Shown piece after piece: positions 14,355-23,436 of a stretch of 25,918 nucleotides of DNA (its first letter is position 1; every line of letters begins with the position of its first letter). The position numbers and the translations under genes are program-made. The stretch comes from a virus (lineage: Duplodnaviria > Caudoviricetes), in the IMG/VR virus record IMGVR_UViG_3300032076_000040, positions 1-25,918 of that record. One strand, 5' to 3'. The notes beneath the pieces are model-generated. The model was given only the letters and a program-made list of their open reading frames with translations. It did not search any database and was not told the origin of the DNA.

Positions 14355-14996
14355 GTGGCAACATCATTTGTAGTAGCGGATACACTTGCAGTTCGGGATT
14401 CCCTGCAGCTTATTGAGCCGGGAACTGCATTCACTCTTAATGTAGATGTTCTATCCCAAACAGATACGCTTGCCGCCCCGACTTTAGGTCTAACTGTTCT
14501 TGCAATTGATTCTATTTCCTTTACTGATGTAGCTGTTGACACAGTAAAGTTTGCTCTGCCGTTTCCCCTCCCATTCGCTACTCCTGATCGAATTCTTCTT
14601 CTTGACCAAGTTTTTGTTCAACTAAATGCTGGTGGTTTGGGTGTCAGTGTTTCTGATCTCCTTAATTTCCGGGATCTCCAAACTAGTCAAAATACAAATA
14701 GTCCAGGCACAGGAGATTCCCTTGCTCTTGGTGACAGTCTGTGTATAAATTCTGGCTGGACAGTTGCACCTGACAGCCTGAGTCTCTCCGATTCCGCCAC
14801 GAATACATTAAATTCTATTTTCTTAAATTTGTCGACCACGGCGGCAGATGCGCTTGCGCTATCAGATAAAGCAACTTTGGCTGTCCCTGGAAAATTAAAT
14901 CTCCTTTCTGACAGCATTGCACTCTCTGATACAATTTCAATTGCAATGACTAGTAATTTTCTTCCCTATCTGAGGAGGTATCTAAACGATGTCTGA
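14355..14996 (+). CDS. Repetitive Ser/Thr/Asp/Leu-rich fibre-like protein
   Basis: About nine D-x-[LI]-x-[LFV]-x-D repeats (DTLAVRD, DSISFTD, DLLNFRD, DSLALGD, DSLSLSD, DALALSD, DSIALSD). Confidence 0.7.
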   Translation: MATSFVVADTLAVRDSLQLIEPGTAFTLNVDVLSQTDTLAAPTLGLTVLAIDSISFTDVAVDTVKFALPFPLPFATPDRILLLDQVFVQLNAGGLGVSVSDLLNFRDLQTSQNTNSPGTGDSLALGDSLCINSGWTVAPDSLSLSDSATNTLNSIFLNLSTTAADALALSDKATLAVPGKLNLLSDSIALSDTISIAMTSNFLPYLRRYLNDV

Positions 14997-15072
14997 AGAG
15001 GTCGAAAAACCCCAGGCGGCGGACATTGAAATTGCAGTTAGTGACCAAATTGAAGTAACAGAAAACCAATGA
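14989..15072 (+). CDS. 27-aa acidic peptide MSEEVEKPQAADIEIAVSDQIEVTENQ
   Basis: Strong SD GAGGAGGT (14972-14979); its TGA overlaps the ATG of the next gene (ATGA 15069-15072). Confidence 0.6.
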   Translation: MSEEVEKPQAADIEIAVSDQIEVTENQ

Positions 15073-18000
15073 ACCTAACTCGTGTAAATTGGCCCAAAGG
15101 CTGGCTTCCTTCAAATGATGCCGTAAATGGAGATCCTGAAGGACTTCTCCGCGCGGACAATCTCACTTTCGACAAAGCGGGAGTGGTGAGTCTTTGCGAT
15201 GGGGCACAAGCAATTTCGGCAGCTTTTTCTGATTTTGTCTCTGAGATGTACAGCAAAGTTGTAGAAGGTCGAGAATACATTTGGGCAGCCACAGGAGTTC
15301 CAGTCACCGCAATTACACGATTTGTGGGTCCTGGAATTGGAATTGGGACTCCACTTGTTATAAATGGTGGCGGAAGTCCAAGTGGTCATGCAGCATTTGG
15401 AGATGCATTCGGATACACTCTTGCCGTTGCTGGGCCGATGCGGGTTAAAGATCAATGCCTTTTGGGATTTTTTGGCAGTAATCCGGGAATTAAACCGCTT
15501 GGACTTCTGACGCCAAATCCACCGATTATCATCGTTAACAATCAAGTTACAGTTACGGTTCCAACACCAGATGATGCATTTGAGGGGACTGGTTCTGCTG
15601 GTACTTTAACACTTGATCCAGCCACAAATGAAGGCCAACTTTGTTCGTCTTCTAGTCTTGGAATTGACACCATAAATATCGGTGGTTCAAAAGCCAATGA
15701 TTCCGGACTGGATTCAATCTCTTTCCCGTTCGCTGTTACAGACCAGCCATCTTCAGTTCTGACAAGCATCGAAGTCGATTTCCTGCTGAATGGGACTCCT
15801 AATGATCCTTCCACCTATTCCGACTACTATGCTCTCAAGTTTTCCCCAACTCAAATTGATGAACAGTTCCCGTTTGGACTCGGAACAAATGCAACAATGG
15901 TTTTCAAACGAGTCAACTGCTCTCGATACGGGACAGATCAGACTCTTGATTGGTCTAATATTATCGGAGTTAGGCTTCTAGTTCAAGCCTCCACCGCCTG
16001 CACTATCAAGTTTGGTGATATCGTTTTTGCAGGCGGAAGTAAAAGCGGGCTAAACGGAACTTATAACTACATTCAGGTGGACGTTGCAAATGACGGGCGG
16101 TATTTGGCGAAGTCTCCTGTTTCCCCGCTTGGCGCCGATCTAAATGGTAACAAGGGCATTCTTCTACTCAACGGATCTGTCCGAATAAATCCGGTTATCC
16201 GAGATCCAAATACAACTGAGCATTGGTTCTTTCGTAAAGCTGAAACGGATGTTATCGATGTAAATCCAGTCACTGGAACACCGCAACAGAATACATTCTT
16301 AAATCAGTTCTATTTTGTTGGTAAGTCAGATGTGGGACAGCATTTTGATGATGTTCTAGATGACATTGCAATTCTTCAAATAAATGCAGATGGTGGTCTA
16401 CTACCAAACCTATTTCTCCATACACTAAATTCAAATGATACAGTAAATGGAGTCCAAGACTACATCTACGGCATTGAGGGTATTTTCAATGAGAGAATGC
16501 TCTACATGGGACTTAGTTTTGTCTATTTGTCAGACAGACTGAATCCAGATGCAATTGACACTCGGTTTACTCTCCGCCCGTCTGGTGACACAAGCGAGAA
16601 GAATCTTTGGATTAAAAAGCTAACGAATAATGTCCTGATCCTTGCGACCACTAAAAATCTCTATGAAATAACTGGTACTCTACTGGAACAGCCGGATGGG
16701 ACGATTGATGTAAGACTTATTCCAATTGGGGAAGCTTTCCCGCCCCTGAGTACTGATGTTTGCAATTTCAACGGCGGTCTGTATTATGTGGCGGCGGACG
16801 GTCTTCGAGTTACAACAGGTTCCAATTCGGTTAATGTTTCCCCTCAACTCAGACACCTTTTCCAAAATGTCGTTGTCAATAATCAAATTGGAACTGTTAT
16901 GCGTCACGGAGTTCCAGGTGTTGCAGTCTACGATGGAGTCGGTGTTGACTATTCCGTTGCCGCTGCAAAAGGAAAAATCTATTTTGTTGTCCCCTGTCAA
17001 GATGCAACCCGCCGTGTCTTTATCTATGACACAATAAATAAAATTTATGAAAATCGATATACAGATCCAGTAAAATTGTACGCAACTCAAGCGGGAGAGG
17101 TTTTAGCGGCCTACGGTTCTGGTTCTAATAATCGTATTTTTGTACTTGACTCTGTACCTGGAGTTGGTATTCAACAGGACGGAACTGGACTTCAATTCAA
17201 ATTACGTACTGTTTTTGATCCCAACGGCCAGCCACGCAACCGCAAAGATGTATTTACTCTGAAACTTGTTTTCGACTCGGGTGGTGATCCTATTTCTGTT
17301 GACATTCAAAGGGATGGAATCGGTGTCACAGAAACAGATGAAAACACTTGGATAAATCTCGGTCAGAACTATTCTGCTAACGGCCAGAAGACTATTTACA
17401 TTGCCATTGGAGATGGAATTGACCCAAGGCAAACCCTGGGATTTCGCTACTCCGTTCAGATATCGTCTACTCTTGCAGGCGTTAAGAAATTCAAATTATA
17501 TGAAATGTCAATCGAATATGAACCCAGACCGGAACAGCTTAATTACCTTCGAGTGCTTCCGACAAACATGGGAACAATTTCCCGTAAGCGTTGGACTGCT
17601 TTTGCTTTTGTTATCGATACTCTTGGTAACGATGTCTTATTTAATCCTCTGTTGGATAATGTAAATTGGATTCAAGATGCCAGCCAAGTTCCAGTAGTTA
17701 ATACCAGCGGCAAGCAAACTTTTATTTATTATTTCACATCGGAAGCTATCGCTACGGACATGGGAATTCTCCTGGTCAGTAAAGATGGTGAACCTGCTCG
17801 TTTTGGTCCAAATGGTGGTCCTTTTGAGTTTTACGGAGTCGATCTATCCGAGTGTATATCTGAAAAATTACCGCCACCAGTCGAATTTCTAATTATTCCG
17901 CCTGACAATTACGGGACGCCTAACCGTAAACGGCATACCAGCTATAAATTCCAGATACTGACAAGGGGCAAAAACGTCAAATTCACACCAAACTTAGACG

Positions 18001-18818
18001 GAGTTACTTATTCCCCCGCAATCTATAACACCATTACAAAAAGAACCGTTGAGTACTTTTTTGATCAATCGGCAGGGGATGTTATTGGAATTGACATCGG
18101 AGGAACTCTCCAAACTATCGAGACGACTCCATTTGAGTATTACGGAAACGTCAAACCTCAAACCGTTGAAGTATTGCCTGACAGACTCGAATATCTGCGT
18201 ATACCTAACAGTAATTTTAATGTAGCGAGTCGAAAGCGCGTTCGGACTCTGCCGCTCGTGATTGACACTTACGGTAAAGATGTTCAGTTTACTCCTATTG
18301 TGGATGGCGTACTCGGTTTGCCTGAAACTCTAAATACAAAGGGTAAGGTTACAACTTACTACTATTTTATAAACGATTCATTTGGTACAGACTACGGGGG
18401 GATTCTCAGTGGCGGAAACATATTTGAATTTTATGGGATGCTCCGTCCTGAAGACGTTGAAATTCTTCCCGTTCCAAAACTCTTGGATCAGTTAGGCCCA
18501 GTCAGGCTAGATAAAATTGGTAAGCTCTTTTCTTTCCGACTACGAGTTATACCCACAACGACAACGATTCCTTGGGCAATCTATGACGATTACAACCAGA
18601 GTGGATTAGCTTATGCAACACCACTTGCGAATGGGACGATTCAGACTTTCCCAAATGTGGATGAAATTTACGAAATTCCAATGGCAAAGAATGTCAATGC
18701 GGCTGTCATGCGTTTAGTCTTAGGCCCAACTACAAACCCTTTTTATCGTTACGATGTAGCTCTTAAAGTGCAAACTTCTGGAATGGAGACAGGTTCAAAA
18801 TGGTTACCGATCAGATAG
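15069..18818 (+). CDS. Tail hub/nozzle (DNA stabilisation)-like protein with inserted and repeated beta domains
   Basis: N-terminal GW.P......L.RADNL.FD..G and beta-propeller-like strands (VYLSDRLNPD, LILATTKNLYEITG, LYYVAADGL, VFIYD) as in P22 gp10/T7 gp12-type proteins; C-terminal repeats. Confidence 0.65.
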   Translation: MNLTRVNWPKGWLPSNDAVNGDPEGLLRADNLTFDKAGVVSLCDGAQAISAAFSDFVSEMYSKVVEGREYIWAATGVPVTAITRFVGPGIGIGTPLVINGGGSPSGHAAFGDAFGYTLAVAGPMRVKDQCLLGFFGSNPGIKPLGLLTPNPPIIIVNNQVTVTVPTPDDAFEGTGSAGTLTLDPATNEGQLCSSSSLGIDTINIGGSKANDSGLDSISFPFAVTDQPSSVLTSIEVDFLLNGTPNDPSTYSDYYALKFSPTQIDEQFPFGLGTNATMVFKRVNCSRYGTDQTLDWSNIIGVRLLVQASTACTIKFGDIVFAGGSKSGLNGTYNYIQVDVANDGRYLAKSPVSPLGADLNGNKGILLLNGSVRINPVIRDPNTTEHWFFRKAETDVIDVNPVTGTPQQNTFLNQFYFVGKSDVGQHFDDVLDDIAILQINADGGLLPNLFLHTLNSNDTVNGVQDYIYGIEGIFNERMLYMGLSFVYLSDRLNPDAIDTRFTLRPSGDTSEKNLWIKKLTNNVLILATTKNLYEITGTLLEQPDGTIDVRLIPIGEAFPPLSTDVCNFNGGLYYVAADGLRVTTGSNSVNVSPQLRHLFQNVVVNNQIGTVMRHGVPGVAVYDGVGVDYSVAAAKGKIYFVVPCQDATRRVFIYDTINKIYENRYTDPVKLYATQAGEVLAAYGSGSNNRIFVLDSVPGVGIQQDGTGLQFKLRTVFDPNGQPRNRKDVFTLKLVFDSGGDPISVDIQRDGIGVTETDENTWINLGQNYSANGQKTIYIAIGDGIDPRQTLGFRYSVQISSTLAGVKKFKLYEMSIEYEPRPEQLNYLRVLPTNMGTISRKRWTAFAFVIDTLGNDVLFNPLLDNVNWIQDASQVPVVNTSGKQTFIYYFTSEAIATDMGILLVSKDGEPARFGPNGGPFEFYGVDLSECISEKLPPPVEFLIIPPDNYGTPNRKRHTSYKFQILTRGKNVKFTPNLDGVTYSPAIYNTITKRTVEYFFDQSAGDVIGIDIGGTLQTIETTPFEYYGNVKPQTVEVLPDRLEYLRIPNSNFNVASRKRVRTLPLVIDTYGKDVQFTPIVDGVLGLPETLNTKGKVTTYYYFINDSFGTDYGGILSGGNIFEFYGMLRPEDVEILPVPKLLDQLGPVRLDKIGKLFSFRLRVIPTTTTIPWAIYDDYNQSGLAYATPLANGTIQTFPNVDEIYEIPMAKNVNAAVMRLVLGPTTNPFYRYDVALKVQTSGMETGSKWLPIR

Positions 18819-19003
18819 CTCGTGACGGCGGTCCTGAACCAACCGCATATGACCGCGGCAGACATGAAGCTATGCGGCTACGGCCTTTCAGTTCCACTTA
18901 CGGAGTTGAAAAGGTCTATTTCAAAGACATCCCAATCTACCCTGGAACCTGTCTCAAATGCGTTTTCGATGACGGAGAGCACACCTGTGCGGGCAATAAA
19001 TAA
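18800..19003 (+). CDS. Small hypothetical protein with CxxC-x6-H-x-C motif (67 aa)
   Basis: GGAG/AGGT upstream of the ATG; short overlaps with both neighbours if the next gene starts at 18987. Confidence 0.5.
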   Translation: MVTDQIARDGGPEPTAYDRGRHEAMRLRPFSSTYGVEKVYFKDIPIYPGTCLKCVFDDGEHTCAGNK

Positions 19004-19544
19004 TCTGAATGATGTCCAGATTGTACTTAAAGATCTGGATAATTTTAAATCCCGAATTGAGTCCCAGGTCTGGAATCTCACTGGACGTCAGATTAAGAAC
19101 GGTGGTGTGGCCACAGATCCGAACGATTTTGTTGTCCTAAAACAGTTGGGTGGATTGGATCAAATAAAGCAGGCAATTTTAAATGATCTTCCAATCCCAC
19201 TCATGCGTACTTTACTTGTCAAGGACACAACTGTTCGGAATGACGCTGGAGATCATGTAATTATTTTCGGTAACGGTGGTCCATACAGTGCCCGCTTCTT
19301 TTTCGGTGTACTGAGAAAGGCAATTACTGTCGACCTTACGATTAAGGTCCACCACAAGTTCCAGGGTGTAGATACAATTTTGGGAACGTATAAGATTCCC
19401 GCTTCCCAGGCGGTGGATAACCCGGTACAATTTACAATTGGAACTTTACTGCAAAATCATGCAGTTTTGACGTGGGACATTTTGACTTCTGACGGTAGTG
19501 CAGATGGAGACGGAATTGCAAGTTTTACTCTGGTTTGGTTCTGA
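18987..19544 (+). CDS. Short tail fibre/needle-like trimeric protein (start uncertain: 18969, 18987 or 18822)
   Basis: SD GGAGAG before GTG 18987. N-terminal helix, neck motif RQIKNGGVATDPNDFVVLKQL, C-terminal beta-sandwich. Confidence 0.65.
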   Translation: MRAINNLNDVQIVLKDLDNFKSRIESQVWNLTGRQIKNGGVATDPNDFVVLKQLGGLDQIKQAILNDLPIPLMRTLLVKDTTVRNDAGDHVIIFGNGGPYSARFFFGVLRKAITVDLTIKVHHKFQGVDTILGTYKIPASQAVDNPVQFTIGTLLQNHAVLTWDILTSDGSADGDGIASFTLVWF

Positions 19545-20455
19545 TGGGAATTGCATATTCACAGCGTGCCATTGTTACCGGCCAAATTAGGACTGCAACA
19601 CTTGGGATTTTTCTTTCCGATGTAGATATCGTAATGGCACAGGCTGGCTGGCAAAAGATTCGGGAGATTCCAAATGGCGCTGTATATCAATGTTTTACTC
19701 CCGACAAAAAACTTTCCGCTAAACTTCAAGTTGCAGAGGGAGCTTCAAGTTTTGGAGGCACCCGTGTTGCATTTACTCCACTAAGTGCGAATGAGATAAA
19801 CCGAGGTTTTGACTATTTTATTATATACGGAAATCCAGATTTTCCTGTCTATCAAGTAATTGTTGGCGTCTGTCAGTTTTTTCTCTCAATTCCTACTCTT
19901 GCAACTAGCCCCTATCACTTTGATCAGTCTTCCTGTTTTGCTTTTGGAATCCCTTTTGTAAACAATCTAAATAACGGTGTAACCGACATTTGGTGGGCAA
20001 ATGGAGATGGTGGTGGACCTTTTTTTGTTTCGGAGCATTTTCGAATTTCTCCCCGTTGTTTCATGCGCTTCAACTATTGCCTGAATGGTGTTATGTTTAG
20101 TTCAGTAAATAATGCAGACCCAAGTCAGGGAATGTTGACGCTGTTTTATCTCGCCCCTACATGGAATCTCGATACAAATATAGGTCAAACTGCATTTACA
20201 ACTAAATTCAAAACAGGGCAGCCAATAAATTTAGATGCTCTAGTTGGTTGGCAACATGTTGTTCAGGGACAGCTTTGGGATGCTTTTCAGAGAACCCAAG
20301 CAGAACCTCTGGATGCCATACAAAGTTACAAAGATACGGATTCAGACGGTAATCCAATGGATCTGAAGTTTCAAGTTTGGATGTCAAGTTTCTACGACTC
20401 TCTTTTGCTCTTACAGACTACAGTGAGTCCGGGCGGTGGAAATGTCGCTTATTGA
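19544..20455 (+). CDS. Virion appendage protein, paralog 1 (GQLWDA family)
   Basis: TGATG overlap; aromatic/Gly-rich beta protein; shares N- and C-terminal motifs with the 20442 and 22315 genes. Confidence 0.7.
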   Translation: MGIAYSQRAIVTGQIRTATLGIFLSDVDIVMAQAGWQKIREIPNGAVYQCFTPDKKLSAKLQVAEGASSFGGTRVAFTPLSANEINRGFDYFIIYGNPDFPVYQVIVGVCQFFLSIPTLATSPYHFDQSSCFAFGIPFVNNLNNGVTDIWWANGDGGGPFFVSEHFRISPRCFMRFNYCLNGVMFSSVNNADPSQGMLTLFYLAPTWNLDTNIGQTAFTTKFKTGQPINLDALVGWQHVVQGQLWDAFQRTQAEPLDAIQSYKDTDSDGNPMDLKFQVWMSSFYDSLLLLQTTVSPGGGNVAY

Positions 20456-21890
20456 CCCACTTGAAATTCTCTATTCGAATGCGCGAGCAACAAAATCTTT
20501 TGCTGGGGATACGGATTCTTTTATCAATGGTGTTAAGAAATGTCTTGTTTCCGTTGGGTGGACATTAACTGAAAGTATCCCGTCAACAGGTTTTATCGTA
20601 TATCCATTCGGAGCGCCAACCGCTGCGGGACCTGAAACTTTCCCGAAACATATTGTTGGGTGTCCTGCAACTCCATTTCTAGGTGTAGGCGGTGTTCAGT
20701 TTTCGCTTTTCAATCCTTATTCGGAAACCCCTGCAGTTGGTGGAAGTTGCTTTATGGTTCCCGCCGGAGATACTCCAATCTCAACTTTGTCTAATCTTGC
20801 ATCTGCTGTAACACTCAACACGCCTTTTAATGCATCCGTCACAGCGCAGAGTCCAAGTTATTTTATAATGACATTTACAGCAAAAATTGGTGGTCCTGAT
20901 TTTGATGGAGTTTTCATCGATGGTAATGGTCGTTGGGCTACTCTTGCGGCTACTCAGGGCGGCGGTTTCGTACTTACTTCTAAATTTGATCCTGAGATTA
21001 CTCAGTACAAAGTGACACTTACTGCTATTCCATCCACTTATGGGAACATCTCAGTTAAATTTACTGTCGGTGGTGGAGACGGTCTTATCACTTTAACTGA
21101 TCAGGGGACATATACGATCGTTGCAAATGGTTACGGGTTCTTTTTGCGTAACTCCTTAGGGGAAGGAAATTATCCATTTACAAATTATTCATTATTTGTG
21201 ATGGCTCCTAAGATGCCTGCCGCCGAGAACTTCGATCCGAATACGACTTCACTTTTTATACTCGGGCCAAGGACATTTAAAAATTTTACCTTCTACTCGT
21301 CATCGGGCGGTCCTGAAATTACAGCATTAGATACAGTGCCTGGTTACCATTCAAATGTAAGTGAGTGGCCTAAGCTACTTGCATATAGAAATCCTGGAAC
21401 TCCACTCACTGCTGCTAACGGGAAACCAATTGTACACGCAGCCTATATATCTTTTGGTAAATTAAATTCTGGCGTTTCGCATATCATTGGTAAACTTCCT
21501 GACTGTGCTGTATTTTCGGGCACTCTTACTCCTTATGGGGAAACAGAAATTGAAGGGCAAATTTACGTGGTTGTGAGTTCACAAGATGGGGGTAATTCTA
21601 ATACAGCAAGTTCTCTTCTTATGCTTGCTCCACTTCCCGCCCCAGATCCAGTTCCGCCAGCACCAGATCCGATATATCCAGCTACACAGCCACAAAACCG
21701 AAATGGAACCTGCAATATTTTTGGAGCTGGTGTAACTGCATTGTCTGGGAATTTTACAGGACTTGCAACTCAATCGCCTATTACAATTGACGGCATTCCA
21801 TATTTTATTCTTTCAGTTGAAGATGCAACACACCTTACTCTTACAACTGCAACTGTTGTTAAAGAAGGTGTAGTTTGGACAGTTCCATAG
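20442..21890 (+). CDS. Virion appendage protein, paralog 2, with Pro-rich linker and extra C-terminal domain
   Basis: Thr/Gly/Ser/Pro-rich; IIGKLPDC motif; linker PLPAPDPVPPAPDP. Confidence 0.7.
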   Translation: MSLIDPLEILYSNARATKSFAGDTDSFINGVKKCLVSVGWTLTESIPSTGFIVYPFGAPTAAGPETFPKHIVGCPATPFLGVGGVQFSLFNPYSETPAVGGSCFMVPAGDTPISTLSNLASAVTLNTPFNASVTAQSPSYFIMTFTAKIGGPDFDGVFIDGNGRWATLAATQGGGFVLTSKFDPEITQYKVTLTAIPSTYGNISVKFTVGGGDGLITLTDQGTYTIVANGYGFFLRNSLGEGNYPFTNYSLFVMAPKMPAAENFDPNTTSLFILGPRTFKNFTFYSSSGGPEITALDTVPGYHSNVSEWPKLLAYRNPGTPLTAANGKPIVHAAYISFGKLNSGVSHIIGKLPDCAVFSGTLTPYGETEIEGQIYVVVSSQDGGNSNTASSLLMLAPLPAPDPVPPAPDPIYPATQPQNRNGTCNIFGAGVTALSGNFTGLATQSPITIDGIPYFILSVEDATHLTLTTATVVKEGVVWTVP

Positions 21891-21897
21891 GAGATTT

Positions 21898-22305
21898 ATG
21901 GCAGATTGTTATAGTAATTATTTAAGGGACAAAATAAATGACCATCTCCACGGTGGCCCAGATTTTGTTCGTCCAGCTACAACTTACTTTGCTCCAATGA
22001 CTGTTGTACCAATTGCGAGCGGCGGGGGAACTGAAGTCTCCAGTAATTTTGGTGGTAGAGCTTCTGTTACAAATAATGTAGGAAATTGGCCTGCATCCAG
22101 TGGACAGAGCAAAACAAACGGAGCTGCTATTAACTTTGGGAATAACACAGGCGGTACAGTCATTATCGCTGGAATAGCAGAATATGACGCTTCTTCGGGT
22201 GGTAATCTTCTAACATTTGCGGCTCTTTCAACACCGCTCACAGTAAATAATGGCGGCCCGCTCTCAATCCCCGTTAGCGGTGCTTTGTATAATTGGGCAA
22301 CTTAA
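21898..22305 (+). CDS. Phage tail-fibre-associated protein (135 aa, widespread family)
   Basis: SNYL..KI.DH, GGGTEVS, TN...I.F and YDASSGGNLL pattern; SD AGGAG. Confidence 0.75.
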   Translation: MADCYSNYLRDKINDHLHGGPDFVRPATTYFAPMTVVPIASGGGTEVSSNFGGRASVTNNVGNWPASSGQSKTNGAAINFGNNTGGTVIIAGIAEYDASSGGNLLTFAALSTPLTVNNGGPLSIPVSGALYNWAT

Positions 22306-22314
22306 AGGATTCTT

Positions 22315-23436
22315 ATGAGTATTCAATACGCTGGTGGAACAAACGTAAACACGACATTTACAGGAGCTGTTAAAAATGATATCTTGACAGCTGTTTTCTC
22401 AAATTTTGTGACGGCGGGAATGTCTGTTGTTTCCGGTATTACACCTTCCACGGTAACAATGACAATCGCCAGTCCCTGTGTAGTTTCACTAACCGCTCAT
22501 GGTTTGGCTGATGGAACTCGAATTGTTTTTTCAACAACAGGAGCGCTTCCAACTGGAATTACAGCAAATACTGTCTATTTTGTCAAGAGTCCATTAACAA
22601 ATAGTTTCAATGTTGCTACAACTTCAGGCGGTACTGCAATCAACACCTCTGGATCTCAATCTGGAGTGCATACAATGAATTCGGAGATCCTATTTCAGAC
22701 TGCGACTACACCTCAAGGTTTCGCTTTGCGATATCGGTTTCGTGACAACGCAGGTACTTGTGTTCAGGCAAGTATTGAAAGTACTGATGGATCGAAAGTC
22801 GGCGGAAACGGTGCAAATAACGGGGCTTCTTTACTTCCGGGGCTGGCGAAAGTTTGGAGACTTATTGCCAATAAATATCAATTTTGTATGTTCGTTCCGG
22901 GGGACTACAATGTCTCAAGGGAATTTGTACTTGGTTCCTGTCCTTATGTATTTAGTTTCACCCCTGCAATTGCAAATATCGGTTTTCTTGTAACTAACAC
23001 AATCAATGATACGAATACCTCTAACCCATTTGCAAGTAATTGGAGGTATAGTCTTACTTCTGGTAATGCAGTTCTAGGAAATTGCCAAATGTTGTACAAT
23101 ACCTCTATCTGGGAGAATGCGAATCAGACAAACTGGAATAATGCTAACGGATGGCCTGCCCTCTTAGTACCATTCGGAGGCAATAGCTTTTCTACAGTAG
23201 CATCTACTACACGTTATTCAAATGGAGACGATATCACTGGGGATGCTCTCGTATGTTGGGGACTGACAACATATTCAGATGAATCCCAAATTAGAGGACA
23301 ACTCTGGGATGCTCTTATTATAGCAGATGCTTTTATGGGGGACACAACAACTAGTTTTGACACCCACAATTGGATTGCTGTCACATCTGCTACCACCTCT
23401 TCAACTAAATTGGCTTTATTTTTAGTTGCGCCCTAA
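22315..23436 (+). CDS. Virion appendage protein, paralog 3, with an FCCH-like inserted domain
   Basis: RGQLWDA motif; insert TIASPCVV...HGLADG..IVF.TTGALPTG...YFV; SD AAGGA. Confidence 0.75.
   Translation: MSIQYAGGTNVNTTFTGAVKNDILTAVFSNFVTAGMSVVSGITPSTVTMTIASPCVVSLTAHGLADGTRIVFSTTGALPTGITANTVYFVKSPLTNSFNVATTSGGTAINTSGSQSGVHTMNSEILFQTATTPQGFALRYRFRDNAGTCVQASIESTDGSKVGGNGANNGASLLPGLAKVWRLIANKYQFCMFVPGDYNVSREFVLGSCPYVFSFTPAIANIGFLVTNTINDTNTSNPFASNWRYSLTSGNAVLGNCQMLYNTSIWENANQTNWNNANGWPALLVPFGGNSFSTVASTTRYSNGDDITGDALVCWGLTTYSDESQIRGQLWDALIIADAFMGDTTTSFDTHNWIAVTSATTSSTKLALFLVAP

Noticed and set aside
19412-19420. Isolated DnaA-box-like GGTGGATAA
   Set aside because: Single mismatched copy inside a CDS; expected by chance.
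19544-23436. Diversity-generating retroelement target/template pair
   Set aside because: Similarity is only at the diverged protein level; no near-identical DNA repeat or reverse transcriptase in the window.
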